64,000 nucleotides of DNA from Eledone cirrhosa. Its lineage: Eukaryota. The notes below the pieces were generated by a model that saw only the letters and a program-made list of their open reading frames with translations, was not told the origin of the DNA and searched no databases. Location of the stretch: positions 2,170,001-2,234,000 of the forward strand of contig OZ024758.1 of the NCBI GenBank assembly GCA_964016885.1, in the 5' to 3' direction. Positions within the stretch are counted from its first letter, which is position 1. Each line of letters starts with the position of its first letter. Below, piece after piece: positions 37,126 through 49,732 of the stretch. The position numbers and the translations under genes are program-made.

Positions 37126-37391
37126 ACTATGAAATTTTGATGTTATTTATTTTGAGAATAATACGTTATTTTGAGAATAATACGTTATTTTGAGAATAAT
37201 ACGTTAACGCCAGTATGAGCAGCCGGTTACAGCCAGTTTGAATAGAAAGAGGTGAGAGAATTCTGGCCAGATACAACTGGTTTAAAGGCTAAAGGGTTAA
37301 GTTACATTTATTGATGCAGCACCAATTCTCACATAAGCATAGACATAAAAGATAGCAGAACCATTAGAATGCCAGATAGAATGGTGTATGG

Positions 37392-37750
37392 CAGGCATGT
37401 GAAACTGAGGGTTCCCCGAGGGCCACATCGGTCACGTGTTGTCTGAGGACCACATGGGTCACATATGTGTTGTCTGAGGACCACATGGGTCACATATGTG
37501 TTGTCTGAGGACCACATGGGTCACATATGTGTTATCTGAGGACCACATGGGTCACATATGTGTTGTCTGAGGACCACATGGGTCACATATGTGTTATCTG
37601 AGGACCACATGGGTCACATGTTGTCTGAGGACAACACTCGACAACTAATTGTGCACATTACAACACATTTAAAAAATGTTATATTACGAAGATAAAACAT
37701 GGCTGGTGCTGGAAATAACCTTTGAGTGGCCCGCATGTCTCACATACCTG
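37392..37750. mobile_element. hAT-type MITE with internal 31-bp repeat x6
   Basis: Termini CAGGCATGTGAAAC...GTCTCACATACCTG with GGGCC subterminal motifs; array GTGTTGTCTGAGGACCACATGGGTCACATAT at about 37435-37630. Confidence 0.65.
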
Positions 37751-37924
37751 CTGTACGCTATTTCTTCTCGTTCTCTTCGCTTGAGAAACTTGTTTAAGGT
37801 CAATAAACAAAAGTCCCAGTATTGAGGTCGGTTATTACTCTATAACGATGATGATGATCTTTTACACCCACATGACCACTTTACAGTGTGGGCTGGGTGG
37901 TTTTTGTTGTAGCATCAACATGAC

Positions 37925-38331
37925 TGTATAAATGTGTATATAAATGTATGTATAAATGTGTATATAAATGTATGTATAAATGTGTATATAAATGTATGTA
38001 TAAATGTGTGTATAAATGTGTGTATAAATGTGTATATAAATGTGTGTATAAATGTATATATAAATGTGTATATATATAAATGTATATATGTGTATATAAA
38101 TGTATATATATGTGTATATAAATGTATATATGTATATATATATATATAAATGTGTATATATATATATATAAATGTGTATATATATATATAAATGTGTATA
38201 TATATATATAAATGTGTATATATATATATATAAATGTGTATATATATGTATATAAATGTATATATATATGTGTATATAAATGTATATGTATATAAATGTA
38301 TATATATATAAATGTGTATATATATAAATGT

Positions 38332-38364
<33 letters not shown>

Positions 38365-38410
38365 AATGTATATATATATATATATGTGTATATAAATGTA
38401 TATATATATA
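37925..38410. repeat. TATAAATGTGTA-type low-complexity repeat
   Basis: Directly visible. Confidence 0.9.
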
Positions 38411-39439
38411 TGTCCATCTATACTTGAACACTGACTTTGATATTCAGGATTTTAATATAATTGAAAGACTTTAAAATTCTTGATACCCCTCCCTCTCACC
38501 CCCTCACCTACACCCACTCTCTCCCCCTCTCCCCTCTCTCACTTAATTGCCTGTTTGACCTGTAAGGATGCTATGGTATTTTGAGAAGGTATTTTGAAAT
38601 GGCAAGTTAGAATTTGTATGGTTGCTGTGTTTTGTGAGAGGTAACATATTTCTTGACTTGCTTAAAGATGACAGAAGCTCCAAGCAGAAATCAAACAAGA
38701 GAGGAAAGAATAGGAGAGAGAGAATGAACTAAGAAAAGGATCAGCCCGAAGAAGAACCTGCCATCTCTGAAATGTCAGAACTTCTAATTTCTTATTGTTT
38801 GTGAGAGTTAGTGGTTTCTTTTGTTATTTTTGAAATGGTATTTCATAAAGCCTGGCATTATTAAAGGTTACATATTAATAAAAAACAACAACACACGCAG
38901 AAAAACTATATATTTACACAAAACAAATGATTTTGCGGCATAATGTATTGAAGAACTCCACTGGGTGTAAATTAATTTACATGCACTGTAAAAGAGGAGG
39001 AAGGGGACTAGATAATAATTTGAAGAGAATTCATGTGTGTGGGTGTGGTTGTGTGTATGGTTGTGTGGTTGTGTTTCTGGTTGTGTGTGTGGATGTCTGG
39101 TTGTGTGTGTGTGGTTGTTTGCTTGTGTGTGTGTGTGGTTATGTGTAATGAAAATAAAAATCTTTTTGCCTTTATTCTCTTGTGAAAACCCCCCCAAAAC
39201 GTTAACTTAGTTTTTCCCTGATGTATTTTGATAAAAAGTGAGAGGGTTGTGTTCAGTTGAGGCCAAAAGCTGGTATTTAGCAAGGGTTAAAGTTGTGTCT
39301 ATTGTTATAACAGATAATAAGTTGCTTGTTTGATTTCCCCTTTAATAATCCCCTCACAACCATTTACTGGAGAACAAGGTTAAACCTCTAACCTTTCAAA
39401 ACCTTCATTGTGAATATTGTAAAATCACATTTCTCTACT

Positions 39440-40040
39440 CTCTCTCTCTCTTGCTCTCTTGATCTCTCTCTCTCTTGCTCTCTTGATCTCTCTCTCTCTT
39501 GCTCTCTTGATCTCTCTCTCTCTTGCTCTCTTGATCTCTCTCTCTCTTGCTCTCTTGATCTCTCTCTCTCTTGCTCTCTTGATCTCTCTCTCTCTTGCTC
39601 TCTTGATCTCTCTCTCTCTTGCTCTCTTGATCTCTCTCTCTCTTGCGCCCTTGATCTCTCTCTCTCTTGCGCCCTTGATCTCTCTCTCTTGCGCCCCTCT
39701 CTTGTTTACTCTCTATCTCTCTCGCGCTCTATCTCTCTCGCGCTCTATCTCTCTCTTGCTTGCTCTCCCCCTATCTCTCTCTCTCTTGCTTGCTCTCTCT
39801 CTCTTGCTTGCTCTCTCTTGCTTGCTCTCTCTCTCTTGCTTGCTCTCTCTCTCTTGCTTGCTCTCTCTCTTGCTTGCTCTCTCTCTCTTGCTTGCTCTCT
39901 TGCTTGCTCTCTCTCTATCTCTCTCTCTCTTGCTTGCTCTCTCTCTATCTCTCTCTCTCTTGCTTGCTCTCTCTCTCTATCTCTCTCTTGCACCCCCTCT
40001 CTATCTCTCTCTTGCACCCCCCTCTCTCTCTCACTTGCTC
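39440..40040. repeat. CT-rich minisatellite (24-bp CTCTTGCTCTCTTGATCTCTCTCT and derivatives)
   Basis: Directly visible. Confidence 0.9.
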
Positions 40041-40411
40041 TCTTTCCTGTTTATTTTAAAAATACAATTCAATGAATATTTAAAACCTTAGTTTTAACAA
40101 GGCAGTTTGAGGCTGTCTGTCAGTACACAGAGGACTGATGTGGCTTGTAGTTCTATTTCATGTGTGGAGGGGAAAACAGGGTGACCATTGAATTACAGGT
40201 GAGAGGAGTAGGAGCAGAAACTGTTGTAGTAGCCATAGGAAAGGTAGAGAGGAACCAATACTGTGTGTGTGTTGGTGATAATGTGTGTGTGTGTGTGTGT
40301 TGGTGATAATGTGTGTGTGTGTGTGTTGGTGAGTGTCATTTTGTAGATTAATAACCTTTTTTTGTTGTGTACTTGGATGTTACTGGCTTTGTATCAGCTG
40401 TATCTGCCTCA

Positions 40412-40700
40412 AGGTAGACTACCCCACTGTAAAGGTGGACTGGCCCACTGTAGAGGTGGACTACCCCACTGTAGAGGTGGACTACCCCACTGTAGAGGTG
40501 GACTACCCCACTGTAGAGGTGGACTACCCCACTGTAGAGAGGGACTGGCCCACTACAGAGAGGGACTAGCCCACTGTAGAGGTGGACTGGCCCACTACAG
40601 AGATGGACTACTCCGCTGTAGAGGTGGACTGGCCCACTACAGAGAGGCACTACCCCACTGTAGAGGTGGATTGGTCTACTGTAGAGGTGGACTAGCCCAC
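40412..40700. repeat. 21-bp tandem repeat GGTGGACTACCCCACTGTAGA
   Basis: About 13-14 units, interrupted by a SINE-A tail at 40700-40792, then a few degenerate units to about 40855. Confidence 0.9.
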
Positions 40701-40983
40701 TGCTTTTCATCTTTACGGGGTTGATAAAATAAAGCACCAGTTATGCACTGGGGGTAATTGCTGGCCTTGTGCCAAAAGTAGAAACAACTATTTAGAGTGG
40801 ACTAGCCTACAACAGAGGTAGGCTGCTCCACTACAGAGGTGGATTACCCTACTGTCAAAACTACTAGTTTTACCAATGTTCCTTCTGATCTATCCACAAG
40901 ACACCACATTTGAATCAACCCATTTCTAGACATATTTACTAAATATTAGGAGTTATAAGTATCTCTAATATTTTATTCTATCT

Positions 40984-41433
40984 TCACATGTTACCGTAGT
41001 AAAATATTGCTTCACATATGTTCACATGTTACCGTAGTAAAATATTGCTTCACATATGTTCACTTGTTACCGTAGTAAAATATTGCTTCACATATGTTCA
41101 CATGTTACCGTAGTAAAATATTGCTTCACATATGTTCACATGTTACCGTAGTAAAATATTGCTTCACATATGTTCACATGTTACCGTAGTAAAATATTGC
41201 TTCACATATGTTCACTTGTTACCGTAGTAAAATATTGCTTCACATATGTTCACATGTTACCGTAGTAAAATATTGCTTCACATATGTTCACATGTTACCG
41301 TAGTAAAATATTGCTTCACATATGTTCACATGTTACCGTAGTAAAATATTGCTTCACATATGTTCACTTGTTACCGTAGTAAAATATTGCTTCACATATG
41401 TTCACATGTTACAGTAGTAAAATATTGCTTTCA
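40984..41433. repeat. 38-bp minisatellite, about 12 units
   Basis: Unit TCACATGTTACCGTAGTAAAATATTGCTTCACATATGT; a CACTTGTT variant recurs every 4-5 units. Confidence 0.95.
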
Positions 41434-41529
41434 CAAATTAGGAATATTGATTTTATTTTTATTGTTGGTTTTTGTGTTTCCTTTTTAAAAGCCATAATAT
41501 AGCAAAACATGAGTTAAAATGATGATGGC

Positions 41530-41870
41530 AGGTGTTGGTGGTATTGGTAGTGGTGTTGGTAGTGGTGTTGGTGTTGGTAGTGGTGTTGTTGGTGGTGGTG
41601 GTGGTGTTGGTGTTGGTAGTGGTGTTGTTGGTGGTATTGGTAGTGGTGTTGGTGTTGGTAGTGGTGTTGTTGGTGGTGGTGGTGGTGGTGTTGGTGTTGG
41701 TAGTGGTGTTGTTGGTGGTATTGGTAGTGGTGTTGGTCGTGGTGTTGGTCGTGGTATTGGTAGTGGTGTTGGTGGTATTGGTAGTGGTGGTGGTGGTAGT
41801 GTAGGTGGTGTTGGTGTAAGTGGTGTTGGTGGTGGTGGTATTGGGGGTGTAGGTGGTGGTGTTGTTGGTA
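41530..41870. repeat. (GGT/TGT/AGT)n trinucleotide-derived repeat
   Basis: Directly visible. Confidence 0.9.
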
Positions 41871-42164
41871 TTATACATATAGCATTATTTTCTAAATCCC
41901 TCAATTATCATTCAATAATCTAGATTAGTATTTGTAATTAGCTGATCATCATCGTTATATAGTTTTTACTTTAGTCTCTATTGTTTTTACCTGTCTTCAA
42001 TTAAAGTCTCTTATGTGTTTTGTCACCTTGGCATATTTCAGTTTTTTAATAATTATATATTATATCAGGGACTCTCTACATGGTTACACCACCTGCTAGA
42101 AATAGCTGCCAAATAATTTTTTCTTCAAATTACACAGCAAAAGGATTATATGATTTAAAGTTCA

Positions 42165-42448
42165 AGTCTAAAGTCTGTCTTAAGCCAGAAGGCTCATTTG
42201 GTCAGTGCTTATCCCAGTTTCATGGCGTGAAGCGACTGAGAGTACAAGACCCACCCCTGGACAGGACATCAGTCCATCGCAGGGTTAGACACCCAGCTAT
42301 TGCTGTACTCATTTTCGGCTGAGTATACTGGAGCAACGTGAAATGAAGTGTTTTGCTCAAGAACACAACACGCAATCAAGCCCAGGAATCGAACCCAAAA
42401 CATTATGATCGTAAGTCCAACACCCTTACCACTAAACCATGCGCCTAC
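42165..42448 (-). mobile_element. tRNA-derived SINE family C
   Basis: tRNA head (TGGTTTAGTGGTAAG; GGTTCGATTCC) and a CORE-like segment shared with SINE-B, but a different 3' half. Confidence 0.7.
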
Positions 42449-42599
42449 ATACTAGGTGATCTAATCACAGATAATGTAACACCCGGAGGAAGTGAAGTGT
42501 AATTATGACTGGAACCTCTTTGATTACAGATCTGATGTTCAGTCAAGGTTGACTGGGATCTAAACCATTATTTTCATAACTTAATAAATTACATGTCTC

Positions 42600-42925
42600 T
42601 CTTGCATGCAGGAGAGACACGAAAGCCTGCAACATCCCTTCTTCCAGCTGGAAGTGACAGACTGGAGGCTGCCATGTCTGTCGTCAGATTGTCCGCAAGG
42701 GCAGATGTGAAAAGAAGTCAACTTGCGGCTGAAAAGAGGGACCGAAAAAAAGCACATCACAGACGTTACAACAACCCACAATTCCACACGTATCTGTACC
42801 AAGTGTAACAAGACTGTCACTTACACATTGGTTAGCACAGTCACAGCAGACGATGCCAGTGACTAGACATAACTCCAGGTGCATTAGGCAAGGTCTTCCG
42901 AGACTGAGCTACCAATGATGATGAA
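42600..42925 (+). mobile_element. RTE-BovB-like LINE 3' end
   Basis: ..AAEKRDRKKA.. then a frameshifted ICTKC..DCH..IG..SHSRRC terminal zinc finger and a GATGATGA tail. Confidence 0.7.
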
Positions 42926-43807
42926 TAAAATACAGCTAGAAGTGTATTTTTTATTTCCAAGAACAATGAAACCAAAGAACATCTTTCCTATTTTTGTTAT
43001 AAAAGTGGTTGATTGACAGAATTGTAAGAGCATTGGACAAATACTTTGTCCTGGGTCTTTACTTTCTGAGTTCAAATCCTGTTGAGGTCAACTTTGCATT
43101 TCATCTTTCTGGGGTCGATAAAATAAAGTACCAATCATGTATTTTGGTTGATATAATCAACTTTGCCCCTCCCCTAAAATTTACCAACCTCGTGCTTAAA
43201 TTAGAAATAATTATTGTTCAAATCCCGCTGAGGTTAGCTTTACCTTTCATCCTTACGCAGTTGATAAAATAAAGTACCAGTCATGCACTGGGATCGATTT
43301 AATCGACTTCCCCCCTCCCCCCCCCCAATTACTGGCCTTGTGCCTATAGTAGAAATTATTATTATTAGCAACAAGAATGATAAAATATGAATCAGTCAAA
43401 TCTACCAGTCATTAAAAATTACTAACCTCCCCCCTTTAAACAAATTCTGGCCTTTTGCCAAAGTTAGAAATAATAATTATTAAAATTGTCATGTCCTTTA
43501 TTGTCAGGCCAGCTCTGATAGATGTGACCTATAATCAAAGCTGTGACATCACCCTGCTATCATTATCTCTCTAGGACCATATGCCCCATATACCCAGTGC
43601 ATCTTTCCTTCTTAAAGACGGACAGTAGGGGAGAATTTGGCTGCTGTTTCTAACAGTTTGAATTACTAGGTATAATCTCATGAAGTAAAGATAGAGATGT
43701 TTATTTAACCCTTTAGCATTTACATTACTGTATATGGTATTTCTTGTAATGTCCTTTTTTTGTCATATATAATGTTTTTTTAATGTAAAATAAAATCATT
43801 ATTAGAT

Positions 43808-44270
43808 TAGGGCGGTGGATTGGCAGTATCGGTAGAGGGTCGGACGCCATGCTAGGGCGGTATATTGGCAGTATCGGTAGAGGGTCGGACGCCATGCTAG
43901 GGCGGTGGATTGGCAGTATCGGTAGAGGGTCGGACGCCATGCTAGGGCGGTATATTGGCAGTATCGGTAGAGGGTCGGACGCCATGCTAGGGCGGTATAT
44001 TGGCAGTATCGGTAGAGGGTCGGACGCCATGCTAGGGCGGTATATTGGCAGTATCGGTAGAGGGTCGGACGCCATGCTAGGGCGGTATATTGGCAGTATC
44101 GGTAGAGGGTCGGACGCCATGCTTTCCAGCATAGTTACGTCCCTTTACGATCTGAGTTCAAATCTCGCTGAGGTTGACTTTGCCTTTCATCCTTACGGGG
44201 TCGATAAAATAAAGTACCAGTAATGCACTGGGTAATTGCTGGCCTTGTGCCTAAAGTAGAAACAATTATT
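43808..44270 (+). mobile_element. SINE-A with its first 45 bp repeated 7 times
   Basis: (TAGGGCGGT(G/A)(G/T)ATTGGCAGTATCGGTAGAGGGTCGGACGCCATGC) x7 at 43808-44122 runs directly into the B-box, core and tail; another SINE head starts at about 44275. Confidence 0.9.
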
Positions 44271-45556
44271 AGATTAGGGCGGTGGATTGGCAGAATCGGT
44301 AGAGTGTCATGCACCCTGCTTTGCAGCAAAGGGTTACGTCCCTTTATTAACATCTAGACTTATTTTGGTAACCCCCCCCCCCCCCCAAAGAAACATCTTC
44401 CATGCTGGTTAATAGGGCCATAATTTTAGCAAATCCCTCAAAATTCTTCATCAATTAATTGAAATAGAGTGTATTTCATTAAAAGCTTAGTCATCAAAGG
44501 GTTAACAGGTGAGGGTTGCTACAGGTAACTAAATACTAACTTCACTATTGGCCTGGAAATCTATTACACTGCTGATAATGTGTGTGGGTGAGAGAGAGAG
44601 AGTGTGTGAGTGTTTGTGTGTGAGTATGTATGTGTGAGTGTTTTTGTGTGCGAGTGTGTGTCTGTGTGATATTAGCTTGTTCATATTTACTAAGTTATAA
44701 ACCATAACTAATGTAAAATACCATTTTAGTGCCTGGTACAGTTGCATAAATTTGCCTGGTTGTTTAGTAATTTAATAGTTTTATTACTAAAGCTACCTAC
44801 GTATGTCATGGTCATTGACACTTCTGTCATTCAACCTTAAATGTTTGGCTTTTGTTGTTTAGCCCAAGGTCAGGTATCATCAAGCAGACTTGTAGTATTC
44901 CAATTGTGATCACCACATGTTTTCCTATATGGTGAGAACCAAGGATCACATCATCCAAGGTGTTCCTTCCGAAGATGACAGGGTGTGGTTTTCAGGGAGA
45001 TTTGGCTGCTATTTCTAGTAGGTTGAGTGACTACATGAGTGCTACCTGTACAGTGAAATGTATGTAGAGGACTGTGTAAATGTGTCTTTAGCTATAGCTA
45101 TTGTCACTTTTACTTCTCTCTCTCTCTCTCTCAATCTTTCTGTAGTGCTAGTATATAATGTGTGTGTGTGTGTGGTGCTAGTGTATAATGTGTGTGTGTG
45201 TGGTGCTAGTGTATAATGTGTGTGTGTGTGTGGTGCTAGTGTATAATGTGTGTGTGTGTGTGTGTGGTGGTAGTGACAGTGTGTGTGTCACCCATAACTG
45301 TTTAGTTAGTGTGTCTGTTAAGTTTACCTATTTAGTTAGTATGTGTGAGGACACTTTATTGACAACCTTCATTGTTGCTGATAGCAAAAAAAAAAGTTAA
45401 ATTTATTAAACAAACTTTTGTTATTTACAATACCTGTGACATACAATACATTTACAAACCCCCCCGTAAGGATGAAAGGGGTTTGAACTCATACCGTAAA
45501 GGGCCGTTACTCTATGTCGTTAAGCATGGTATCCAAGACTCTACCAATTAGTTTAA

Positions 45557-45776
45557 CCTTTTAGCATTTACATCACTCTATATAAGCTATTGTATTTTTA
45601 CAATAAGGCTTTACCTCATATAATTATCTCACATAATATCGAATGTATGAGATTTTGATACTATTTATTTTGAGAACAATACCTTAATGTCAGTATGAGT
45701 GGCCAGTAATGGCCAGTTTGAATAGAAAGAGGTGAGAGAATTCTGGCCGGATATGGCCAGTTTAAATGCTAAAGGG
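45557..45776. mobile_element. piggyBac-type MITE (~210-220 bp)
   Basis: TTAA|CC(C)TTTAGCATTTA...TAAATGCTAAAGGG|TTAA. Other copies at 47845-48399 (split by SINE-B), 48403-48585, 50170-50377, 56869-57088, about 60555-60754 and 62545-62745; partials at 37130-37300 and 43710. Confidence 0.85.
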
Positions 45777-46759
45777 TTAATAATGAGAAAGTTTGGTATT
45801 TTAATAAATCTAAATTCTTGGTTACTTTCAAAATTATTTGGAAAAGTCTGAACTAAACACTTATCTGTCTTCATATTTATCTCTCTGGTGCGGCAAGATA
45901 GAATGTATAAGTGGATCTTGTTTATGGCACATAGAGCATTCCAGAGTCAGTCATAATTACTTTGTTTTATACACCTATTAGCGAATTGCTTTATCATGTA
46001 TAACCTACCTTCCCTACTCATTTCTTGCTAAATTTAATCCTCATTAATTATTTTCTTGACCTTGTATGTCATATAATATTAAAGTGCTAAAACAATAATC
46101 TACTTTTCACATCTTAACAAATTCTTTTATGTTTTTAACTTCTGAGTTCCATGGAATTCCTATTTCTTTCAACATTAGTTTTTATGATTTCCTAGTAAGC
46201 AGTCCATCTATTCCTTGAATTTCTTTCTAGTCTTACCTAAGTTCTTCAATATTATCTCTTGAAAATATATTTTATCTTTCAATATGGCATTTTTATCAAA
46301 TATATTAATTTAATCAAATATATTAATTTAATCAATGATCTTGTGATTCAATCAGATTGACCTACTCTTTTAGCCCCCTCATCTCAAGCTATTTTATGAG
46401 GGACAGTCTTACAGTACAGCTAAGATGACATTGGACCTATCTTCTATTTCCCTCATCCATAATCATATTGAAGATTTCTCTGCCACACACATTACTGACA
46501 ATTATATCTAATTATATCTTAAAAGCATCCTTACTTTATTGTAGCTGAATCTTCTGAAGAAATCTAACCTTTTCTTCAACATGGATTATTAGCTTAATTC
46601 TACATGATTCTATAGGGTTATACTGTATTTCTTTGTATTATACAACTTGGCTATAATATTACTTGTGAAGAAGAAGAATAAAAAAGTAGGAATGAATTAC
46701 ATTCTTGTGTATAAAACCACCGTGAAGTACAGCTATTGTCTCTTCTTTGCCTACTTATT

Positions 46760-47300
46760 CCTGAAAGGGGGAAGAGTCAAACACTCTTTCTAGTGGGTCC
46801 TGTCAGAAGCAACCATCTCCAACTGATCTGGCTGGATCCCCAAGCGAGACCAATCAAGTTTATTGATGTTATCCAACCATCTAGTTCGGAGTCTACCCCT
46901 GGGTCTCTTGCCAGTTGGTTTTGCCAGTAAAATCTATCCAGTGATTCTTCAATAAGACATTCTAACCACATGTCCATAGTATCAGAGCTGTGATCTCTCA
47001 ATTTGGAGACGTAACAGGTCTACCTGGAGTGACCCTCTCATCTCTGAGCTACAAATCTGTCCAGTGATTCTTTCATAACACATTCTAACTACATGTCCAT
47101 AGTATCAGAGCTGTGATCTCTCAATTTGGAGATGTAACAGGTCTACCTGGAGTGACCCTCTCATCTCTGAGCTACAAATCTGTCCAGTGATTCTTTCATA
47201 AGACATTCTAACCACATGTCCATAGTATCAGAGCTGTGATCTCTCAATTTGGAGAAGGAGCAGCTCTACCTGGAGTGACTCTCTCATCTCTCAGTTATAT
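46760..47300 (-). mobile_element. RTE (Expander-like) LINE fragment with 123-bp triplication
   Basis: RDHSSDTMDMWLECL.. region; three tandem copies start at about 46931, 47054 and 47177. Confidence 0.75.
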
Positions 47301-48032
47301 CTGAGTAAATCTTTTTGTAAACTTGTTCTATGCTATCCATCAAAATCTTGATTTTATGCATATATTTCACTACGGTATCCTAGTTTTCAAACTGGATACT
47401 GTATGTGAAGAAACGGAGGAATATATGTTTAGCAAACAACTTTACAGCATGGGAATCATTGTCCTATTATTCAAGCAGGAAAAAATTTAGTTTCGCTTCA
47501 GTTGTTATAATAATGTTATCACAACAGATCTTATGTTGTTCCTTTATTAATTTATTCTATCAATTTCCTGTCTTTTATACCAATAATGTTCAATTAAGCT
47601 GCTTCCCAAATAACCAAATATTGCCAATATATTAAATAGCATTAATAGACAATTGTTATCAACACATATTGGCATTCTTGCCATTGAAAATACATATTTT
47701 AAACCTTAGTAAATATTTCTGGATACGTGTATTCATGTAGTAGGCAGCAGCTTGTGATGGGGTGAGGGGACAACAGAGGAATCTTTACAGGAAGAACAAC
47801 TGTCAAGCAAGTGTTTCAGGTCTTGATCCATCCTCACACTTTAACCCTTTTGTATTTAAACTGGCTGTGTTCGGCCAGAATTCTTTCCACTTTCTGAAAC
47901 CGGTCGTAACCAGCAGCTCATACTGACGTTAAGGTATTGTTCTTAAACAGTAATCATCAAAATCTCGTAGACTAGAGATTATTTGAGATAAAGCCATACC
48001 ATGAATATACAAAAGTAAATATAGAGTAATCA

Positions 48033-48380
48033 GCATCATCATCATCATCATCATCATCATTTTATGTCCGCTTATCCCTGCTTGCAAGGGTGGGACGGGA
48101 ACTGATTCTGGCTTGATTTCTACAGCTGGATGCCCTTCCTAACACCAACCTCATTTACAGTGAGTGCTGGGTGCTTTTTTTCCGTGGCACCTCCACGACC
48201 ACTTTGCAGTGGAATGATAGGGACCCCAGTCCCTATCATCTCATTTCTACAGCTGAGTAAACTGGAGCAATGTGAAATAAAGTGTCTTGCTCAAGGAAAC
48301 AACGCATGACTCGATCTGAGAATTGAACTCACAACCTTTCGATTGCAAGGCCAATGCTCTAACCACTAAGCCATGTGCCT
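48033..48380 (-). mobile_element. SINE-B full-length copy inserted into a piggyBac MITE
   Basis: (CAT)n tail; the MITE sequence resumes as AATGTAAATGCTAAAGGG at 48381. Confidence 0.85.
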
Positions 48381-48677
48381 AATGTAAATGCTAAAGGGGT
48401 AACCCTTTAGCATTTACATTACTCTATATTTACTACTGTATATTCATGGTAAACACTTTATCTCAAATAATTATCTCACATAATATCGAATATATGAGAT
48501 TTTGATATATATTTTGAGAACAATACCTTAACATGAGTATGAGTGGTCAGTTATGCTGGATATGGCCGATTTAAATGCTAAAGGGTTAAGGGAGCTGGCC
48601 TTGTGTCAAAAGTAGAAACAATTATTAAGTGGATTAGAGCATTGGACAATATGCTTTGCGGCATAGTTATATACTCC

Positions 48678-48900
48678 AGGCTACATTGCATAGGCTGTGT
48701 ACTACATTGCTATAGGCTGTGTGCTACATTGCTATAGGCTATGTGCTACATTGCTATAGGCTATGTGCTACATTGCTATAGGCTATGTGCTACATTGCTA
48801 TAGGCTATGTGCTACATTGCTATAGGCTATGTGCTACATTGCTATAGGCTATGTGCTACATTGCTATAGGCTATGTGCTACATTGCTATAGGCTACATTA
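48678..48900. repeat. 22-bp tandem repeat GTGCTACATTGCTATAGGCTAT, about 9-10 units
   Basis: Directly visible. Confidence 0.9.
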
Positions 48901-49574
48901 CTACAACTTATTCAATGCTCCAATTTTTAATTTAGCAACTCTCTTTGACATATATTTGTTCATTATATATTTTTGCTTTAACATTATTACCATGTCTGCC
49001 ACTAATATAAAGTATGTGCCTGTGTTCTGTCTATTAGTCTCTTGTTTTGCATGATGTGCTTTTGAATGAGTTGCTGTCATGTAATTTATTGCTGCACCAA
49101 AATATACAATCTCTTCTCATGCTACACCATTCCCTCTATACAAAATTGTCTTCAGTATAATTGACGCTTGCTTACCGTCTCTTATTGTCTACTCCTCTCC
49201 AAATGTAAATTATTCCTTTTGAAATATATTCAATTTTCTTTTAATTATTTGTCAATCAACAGAGTAAGTGGTGATTGTTGTATCTTATATAGTTCTGACT
49301 TAGTACTGTCGGCACCTGATATGATAATGGAAGTCTGATTTAATATCGTGTGAAAAGCGTCAGAGGAAATATTCTTTCTCGTGAAGATAGCTTTAATGAA
49401 GTTCTATGATATGACTTACTTTAACTCTATATTTAACTCTAACTAATAAGACAGATTGATGTGAAATATTTGCAATATTAGAGTGAATACTTTTTTAATG
49501 TCATGCAGTTTTATATTTTTCAAGAATTCCTTGTTAATGTGTTAGAGTTTTATATTGAATAATAAGAATATTTG

Positions 49575-49732
49575 ATTCGTTTGCAAGCAAACGGCCTCAT
49601 TAAGTTATGGTTTTTTAGATGACCATCACCATCCTTTTGTTCTAGCATTCCCTCTGTCACTGCTAGAACAAAAGGATAGTGATGGTCATCTAAAAAATAT
49701 AGCGTAATGAGGCTGTTTGCTTGAAAATGAAT
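49575..49732. other. Long palindrome (~72-bp arms, ~13-nt loop)
   Basis: ...TTTTTTAGATGACCATCACCATCCTTTTGTTCTAGCA (loop) TGCTAGAACAAAAGGATAGTGATGGTCATCTAAAAAA... Confidence 0.9.

Noticed and set aside
41459-41923. Gly-rich or Pro/Thr-rich structural protein
   Set aside because: A GGT-type trinucleotide repeat open in several frames on both strands, with no signal peptide or exon evidence.
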